Both the position numbers and the translations under genes were made by a program. Source: Azolla caroliniana (Eukaryota; Plantae; Polypodiophyta). Taken from it: a DNA stretch of 64,000 nt. The stretch covers positions 5,084,001 through 5,148,000 of the forward strand of contig JBHGNT010000017.1 in assembly GCA_043228905.1 (NCBI GenBank), given 5' to 3'. Below the pieces are notes generated by a model that saw only the letters and a list, made by a program, of their open reading frames with translations, was not told the origin of the DNA and made no database searches. Of the stretch, positions 59,501 to 64,000 are shown in pieces (position 1 is the stretch's first letter; every line of letters starts with the position of its first letter).

Positions 59501-60656
59501 GAAGGAGCACCTGGTATGCCGGTTGAAGAAGAGCCTTTACGGACTGAAGCAGGCTCCCCGGCAATGGTACCGGAAGTTCGACTCCTTCATGACCGACGAA
59601 GGGTACCTCAAAACGCAGTCTGACCACTGCGTGTTTGTGAAGAAATTCGAAGGAGGAGACTTTCTAATACTCCTCCTGTACGTGGACGACATGTTGATCG
59701 TCGGACGGGACCAGGTCAAGATACGGATGCTGAAGAAGGCTCTTCACCGAACCTTTTCAATGAAGGACTTGGGTCCGGCGAGACAGATACTAGGGATGCA
59801 CATCATCCGGGACCGGAAGAAGAAGCAGTTGTGGTTGTCACAGGAGAAGTACGTGACAAAGGTGCTTCACCGGTTCAACATGTCGGAAGCAAGACCGGTC
59901 GGTTCGACCCTCCCGGCAAACTGCAAGCTGTCCAGCAAGCAAAGTCCCAAGACAAAGGCTGAAAAGGAGGATATGATGAAAGTGCCGTATGCCTCAGCCG
60001 TCGGGAGCTTGATGTACGCCATGGTGTGTACGAGACCGGACATAGGATATGCAGTCGGAGTGGTGAGCCGGTACATGAGCAATCCCGGCAAAGACCACTG
60101 GAACGCGGTCAAGTGGATACTCCGATACCTGAAGGGCACGGCAAACGTGTGCCTCCGATTCGGCTCCGGTAAGCCCGAACTCGACGGCTTTACCGATTCG
60201 GATATGTCGGCTGATGAAGATACCAGCCGGTCCACATCAGGGTATGTGATGACGTATGCAGGGGGAGCTGTTTCGTGGCAGTCGAGGCTGCAGAAGACGG
60301 TTGCGTTGTCAACCACGGAGGCGGAGTACATGGCGGCTGTCGAAGCCGGCAAGGAAATAATATGGATGAAGGACTTCATTAGAGAGCTCGGTATCCGGCA
60401 AGAGGAGTACCGACTCTACTGCGACAGTCAGAGTGCCATCCACCTTGCGAAGAACGCGGCCTATCACTCCCGGACGAAGCACATCCAGCGAAGATATCAC
60501 TGGATCCGGGAAAGGATAGAAGACCAGGAGTTCGTGCTGACGAAGATCCACACGGAAGAGAACGGGTCAGATATGCTGACCAAAGTGCTCACACCCGACA
60601 AGTTGGAGGCATGCCGGAAGAGGATCGGGTTGGAGAGACATCCCATGCCGAAGTGA
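56577..60656 (+). CDS. Copia Gag-Pol polyprotein (gag, PR, IN, RT, RNase H)
   Basis: Single uninterrupted ORF: CFHCGKPGHFRKNC, WVVDSGAS, LWHKRLCH, HTDV, ADNGGEY, NGLAERMN, QMDVKTAFLHG, LYVDDML, FTDSD, TEAEY. Confidence 0.96.
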   Translation: MEGGGSGPPGMMVLNAQNYADWKIKMEDLLIVRDLYEPIDRSEIPKGVLETEWRLLNRKAVATIRQYVDVSVLQHVANDTNAYEMWRKLSGLYERKNALNRTSLMRKIVNLKYRDGESMVEHVSTFMGFVNQLAAIKFPLEDAMQAIILMCTLPDSWENLVVTLSTSCAEDNLSLQTVKTSILNEEARRRDKEPVSDSKALLTESDRGRQWNRSPQRREKSGTRSQSRGRPTCFHCGKPGHFRKNCRHYRKDNGADDTDSKKSPERNGAYRGATDRRGPDRRGQDRKGTTALAASEEEIMLITEERELNLAGVEMTWVVDSGASFHLTPEKKYFSSYTAGEHGFVRMGNEGTCRIAGIGDVWLLTSTGCKMLLKDVRHVPEVRLNLISAGRLDDEGYTGSIRNGVMKFSKGSLIVARARKINTLYLMNSRLCPEELNVAADTAGELWHKRLCHMSEKGMKRLAEDNLIPVKHVHLEKCTDCLAGKQNRTSFHSRPPTRRSTPLELVHTDVCQVETKSHGGAQYFVTFIDDHSRKLWTAPLKTKDQVLSVFKELHARVERESGKKLKAIRADNGGEYRGQFQEYCRSKGIRLEFTVPKTPELNGLAERMNRTIMERVRSMLAHAKLPKGFWAEAMSTATYVINRSPSVPLDGDTPQKVWTGKEVSYRHLKVFGCLAYVHVAKDRRGKLDPKTRPCIFLGYGNDEFGYRVWDPVDKKIFRSRDIIFMEDKTLADLESEKKMKSSKSTGEDKLYEEQSRPARDRLALEDPAEDGEETEPAEEEDENDTGTGPDPEMDSDEEEESEEPVTEAPERRYPLRERRAPRRFPEPEHVLLTDEGEPESFEEAKQDTQSRRWLSAMQDEMDSLHENHTYELVELPKGKRALRNKWVFKLKPGDAGNPPRYKARIVVKGFQQKKGVDFDEIFAPVVKMTSIRTVLSIAASMDLEVEQMDVKTAFLHGDLEEEIYMQQPEGFEKKGKEHLVCRLKKSLYGLKQAPRQWYRKFDSFMTDEGYLKTQSDHCVFVKKFEGGDFLILLLYVDDMLIVGRDQVKIRMLKKALHRTFSMKDLGPARQILGMHIIRDRKKKQLWLSQEKYVTKVLHRFNMSEARPVGSTLPANCKLSSKQSPKTKAEKEDMMKVPYASAVGSLMYAMVCTRPDIGYAVGVVSRYMSNPGKDHWNAVKWILRYLKGTANVCLRFGSGKPELDGFTDSDMSADEDTSRSTSGYVMTYAGGAVSWQSRLQKTVALSTTEAEYMAAVEAGKEIIWMKDFIRELGIRQEEYRLYCDSQSAIHLAKNAAYHSRTKHIQRRYHWIRERIEDQEFVLTKIHTEENGSDMLTKVLTPDKLEACRKRIGLERHPMPK

Positions 60657-61400
60657 AGGGGGAGTTTGTTGGGATTTCGGTCCCTCCGGATGGGATGTCC
60701 GGAGATGAATGACGGCAAGCCCGGAGGCTGTTACCGAACCGTATGATGAAGAGTACCCGGCATGAAGCCGGATGAAGAGTACCCGGTTACGGAGCCGGAT
60801 GCTGAAGACCCCGGTTACGGAGCCGGATGATGAAGACCCCGGCTACGGAGCCGGATGATGAAGACCCCGGTTACGGAGCCGGATGCTGAAGACCCCGGTT
60901 ACGGAGCCGGATGACGAATGTACCCGGAGGGAGATCCGGATGCGGGGACATATTTGTGAATATGTTTGCCAAGAGCCCTTGAGGCTATATTTGTAAATAG
61001 CCCGAAAGTCATATGGGTATAAATATGACTTAGGGCAAACAGTTTAAGTTGTTGCTCATTTTATGTTTTCAGCCGAGAGAGCGAAGTGAGAGCAGCCGAG
61101 AGAGAGAGAGAGAGAGAGACGAAGAGGTCGACGCCTCTGTGTATTACCGCCGCCTGTGGCGAAGACAGTGAGCTCAAGGTCGTTGCCTTGAAGCTTCACC
61201 ATTGTATATCCCTGTTCATAGTGATAGTTGGAGTTGTGCACTCCCGTGGTTTTTCCCGTTTAGGGTTTTCCACGTTATACCCTGTGTATTCGTCTCTCGT
61301 GTCTTTCTCTGTATTTCCTATTTTCTGCTGCATTGATCCGTGTTGGCTCGGTTGTGGCCGGGAGGCGAAAGATTTGATAGCGTTAAATCTCAACACCAGG

Positions 61401-63998
61401 TTCTTCACGAAGATCGACTTACGGGGAGCATATAACCTCATACGGATCCGACCAGGAGACGAATGGAAGACCGCGTTTCGCACCAGATATGGGCACTTCG
61501 AGTATACTGTCATGCTGTTCGGCCTCACTAATGCGCCGGCAGTCTTCCAGCACATGGCTAATGATATATTCCGAGATCTATTGGATGATTGTTTGATCAT
61601 CTATTTGGATGATCTACTGGTTTATTCAAAGACCCAAGAAGAACATGATTCTCATGTACTATTAGTACTAAAACGACTTCGAGAACATGGTCTGTATGCA
61701 AAGCTGGAAAAATGTAGTTTCGGGTGCAACCAAGTGGAATTTCTCGGCTACATCATTTCGTCAGAAGGCATCTCCATGGACCCAGCTAAGGTCAAAACGG
61801 TGGTAGAATGGCAAACTCCGCGTTCGGTGCGGGATGTGCAATGCTTCTCAGGCTTTGCCAATTTTTACCGGAAGTTCATACAAGATTACTCAAAGATCGT
61901 TCTACCTCTCACACAACTTACTAGGAAGGGACAACCGTTCATCTGGTCTGAAGAAACGGACATGGCTTTTGAGAGTCTTAAAAAGGCATTTACATCGGCT
62001 CCAATTCTAGTTCATGTAGATCCAGAAAAACCATTCATTATCGAAGCTGACGCATCGGATTTTGCATTGGGGAGCATTCTGTCACAACAGGGGAATGATG
62101 AAAAGCTACATCCTGTGGCTTTTCACTCACGCAAGTTTGATGCCGCCGAAATCAACTACGAAATTCATGATAAGGAGCTATTGGCAATAGTGGATTCTTT
62201 TATGCAATGGAGGCATTTTCTGGAGGGATCCTCTCATCCAGTCACCGTATTTAGTGACCACAAGAATCTTGCCTACTTTCAGGATGCTCGTGTGTTGAAT
62301 CGACGTCAAGCTCGGTGGGCCCACTTCCTCACGCGTTTCGACTTCAAAATTGCATTATCACGGCGTTTGTATCTAGCACCCCGTCCCGGCGAGCCAGCTT
62401 TCGATAACCAAAAACAAGTCATCTTGGGACCGGCACGACTACAAGCAACACAGATCTTTGACATGCCTATGGATTCCTGCATTATCGATACCATCCGTGA
62501 AGACTTGAAGACAGATGCGTTCGCCCAAGCTATACTAGCACAAATTGATCCCTCTCGAGCGTCGTGTTCACAGTCGCAACCACCAGGTACGGACTATAGG
62601 CAATTCAAATACCATGATGGATTACTCTTCTTTAAAGAACTTTTGTATGTTCCTAATGGTCCTTGCCGCCTTCGAGTAGTACAAAACTGTCATGACACAT
62701 ATACAACTGGGCATTTTGGTAGTACTAAAACATTACATTTAGTACAACGATCATTCTGGTGGCCCTGTATGCGACAATTTGTCGAGGATTTTGTTCGGAC
62801 TTGTGATACATGTTGCAGAGTGAAAATGCCAAGGCATCATCCATATGGTTTATTAGAACCATTACCAATTCCAAACAAACCGTGGCAATCCATTGCTCTA
62901 GACTTCATCACAGATCTTCCAGTCTCTAAGGGGTTCAATGCGATTCTAACGGTGGTCGATCGATATACGAAGATGGCTCATTTCTTGCCATGTACTAAGG
63001 AGATCTCCAGTGAAGACACTGCCGAAATTGTCATGCGTGAAGTATGTCGGCATCATGGACTTCCCGATAGTATCATCAGCGACCGTGGACCCCAGTTCGT
63101 GTCAAAATTCTGGAAGCACCTTTTTAACATGCTCAAGGTCACTTGTAACCTCTCCTCCGGCTACCACCCACAAACAGACGGCCAAGCTGAACGAACAAAT
63201 CAAATGCTGGAGCAGTATTTGCGGTGCTTTCTCAGCTATCATCAGGACGAATGGGCAGATATTCCCCACTTCGCCGAATTTGCCTATAACAACTCTATCC
63301 ACGCATCCACTAAAGTTACGCCATTTTATGCTTATACGGGATGTCACCCCCGGTGGAGTGTACTTGAAACCCCAGAGGTATCCACAAATCCGTGCGCGGA
63401 GGATCGTTTGGAGCGGTTACGCAAGATACAAGCGGATTTATCTACTCATCTCCAACAAGCTCAACAAACACACAAGGTCTACGCGGATCGTCATCGACTT
63501 CCATCCAGTTTTAATATTGGAGATCGGGTGTGGTTGCTACGACGACACATCAAGACTACTCGCCCATGTGAGAAATTGGATTATCGGCGATTAGGTCCTT
63601 TCCGTATTATTGGAAAGATTAATGATGTCGCTTTTCGTCTCGATCTACCTCCTCAACTTCGGATACATCCGGTGTTTCATAGTTCTCTCCTCGAACCCTA
63701 CCACGAGAGCACCATCCCAGGACGTCTTATCCAACCTCCACCCCCGATCGAGCTTGAAGATGGGCCGGAGTACGAGGTTGCCGCCATCCTTGATTCCAAG
63801 ATTGTTCGCAACAAGCTCTACTATCTAGTCGATTGGCTAGGCTATAGCCCCAACAAACGTACTTGGGAACCGATCGAGAATGTAACCAATGCTCATGCCC
63901 TTCTTGAAGACTTCCATCGTCAATATCCACACAAACCGGGTCCTCAATCCAAGACGACTCGTGACACTCGTCGTTTTAAAGGGGGGATAGTGTCATGA
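61401..63998 (+). CDS. pol: Pol 3' part (RT, RNase H, integrase, chromodomain) of chromovirus copy 3
   Basis: [65 protein letters not shown]; continues the frame broken at 55814. Confidence 0.93.
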   Translation, partial: FFTKIDLRGAYNLIRIRPGDEWKTAFRTRYGHFEYTVMLFGLTNAPAVFQHMANDIFRDLLDDCLIIYLDDLLVYSKTQEEHDSHVLLVLKRLREHGLYAKLEKCSFGCNQVEFLGYIISSEGISMDPAKVKTVVEWQTPRSVRDVQCFSGFANFYRKFIQDYSKIVLPLTQLTRKGQPFIWSEETDMAFESLKKAFTSAPILVHVDPEKPFIIEADASDFALGSILSQQGNDEKLHPVAFHSRKFDAAEINYEIHDKELLAIVDSFMQWRHFLEGSSHPVTVFSDHKNLAYFQDARVLNRRQARWAHFLTRFDFKIALSRRLYLAPRPGEPAFDNQKQVILGPARLQATQIFDMPMDSCIIDTIREDLKTDAFAQAILAQIDPSRASCSQSQPPGTDYRQFKYHDGLLFFKELLYVPNGPCRLRVVQNCHDTYTTGHFGSTKTLHLVQRSFWWPCMRQFVEDFVRTCDTCCRVKMPRHHPYGLLEPLPIPNKPWQSIALDFITDLPVSKGFNAILTVVDRYTKMAHFLPCTKEISSEDTAEIVMREVCRHHGLPDSIISDRGPQFVSKFWKHLFNMLKVTCNLSSGYHPQTDGQAERTNQMLEQYLRCFLSYHQDEWADIPHFAEFAYNNSIHASTKVTPFYAYTGCHPRWSVLETPEVSTNPCAEDRLERLRKIQADLSTHLQQAQQTHKVYADRHRLPSSFNIGDRVWLLRRHIKTTRPCEKLDYRRLGPFRIIGKINDVAFRLDLPPQLRIHPVFHSSLLEPYHESTIPGRLIQPPPPIELEDGPEYEVAAILDSKIVRNKLYYLVDWLGYSPNKRTWEPIENVTNAHALLEDFHRQYPHKPGPQSKTTRDTRRFKGGIVS

Positions 63999-64000
63999 TA

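Larger units (their letters stand above)
55815..61395 (+). mobile_element. Intact, very young Ty1/Copia element (Tork/Tnt1-like)
   Basis: LTRs 55815-56545 and 60667-61395, identical by eye except for one GA unit. TSD CCAGG at 55810-55814 and 61396-61400, PBS TGGTATCAGAGC at 56549-56560, PPT at 60655-60664. Confidence 0.97.
53202..64000 (+). mobile_element. Ty3/Gypsy chromovirus copy 3 (Tcn1/Tf1-like), nearly complete, interrupted in RT by a Copia element
   Basis: 5' LTR 53202-53639 (TGTCATGA...TCATGACA), gag, pol with PR-RT-RH-IN-chromodomain, PPT AAAGGGGGGATAG and 3' LTR starting at 63991. Confidence 0.95.

Noticed and set aside
61086-61400. N-terminal ~100 aa of the 970-aa ORF
   Set aside because: It lies in the Copia 3' LTR and is fused by chance to the interrupted Gypsy pol.

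Overview
Eukaryotic, intron-containing, repeat-rich DNA from a land plant. It is most consistent with a non-seed plant such as a fern, which I infer from the retrotransposon lineages. About 75% of the window is a nest of LTR retrotransposons whose insertion order can largely be read from LTR ends and target-site duplications (TSDs): three Ty3/Gypsy chromoviruses (Tcn1/Tf1-like), three tRNA-Trp-primed Gypsy elements (4-bp TSDs seen for the two complete ones), three Ty1/Copia elements (one intact and very young, 55815-61395), and a solo LTR. The most unusual object is an apparently intact 11,970-bp DNA transposon (21892-33861) with 25-bp TIRs, GGG...CCC ends, a GGAG TSD and a spliced Sola2-type transposase. 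It carries a convergent multi-exon second gene (unknown domain, coiled coil, RING-H2) with two in-phase alternative last exons, one encoding an FCP1/NIF-like pseudo-phosphatase. Its two large introns are packed with the palindrome TAGCTAATTAGCTA. The only clear host gene is a two-exon, probably secreted, microbial-type intradiol ring-cleavage dioxygenase (47463-50371). All calls were made by eye, with no database searches.
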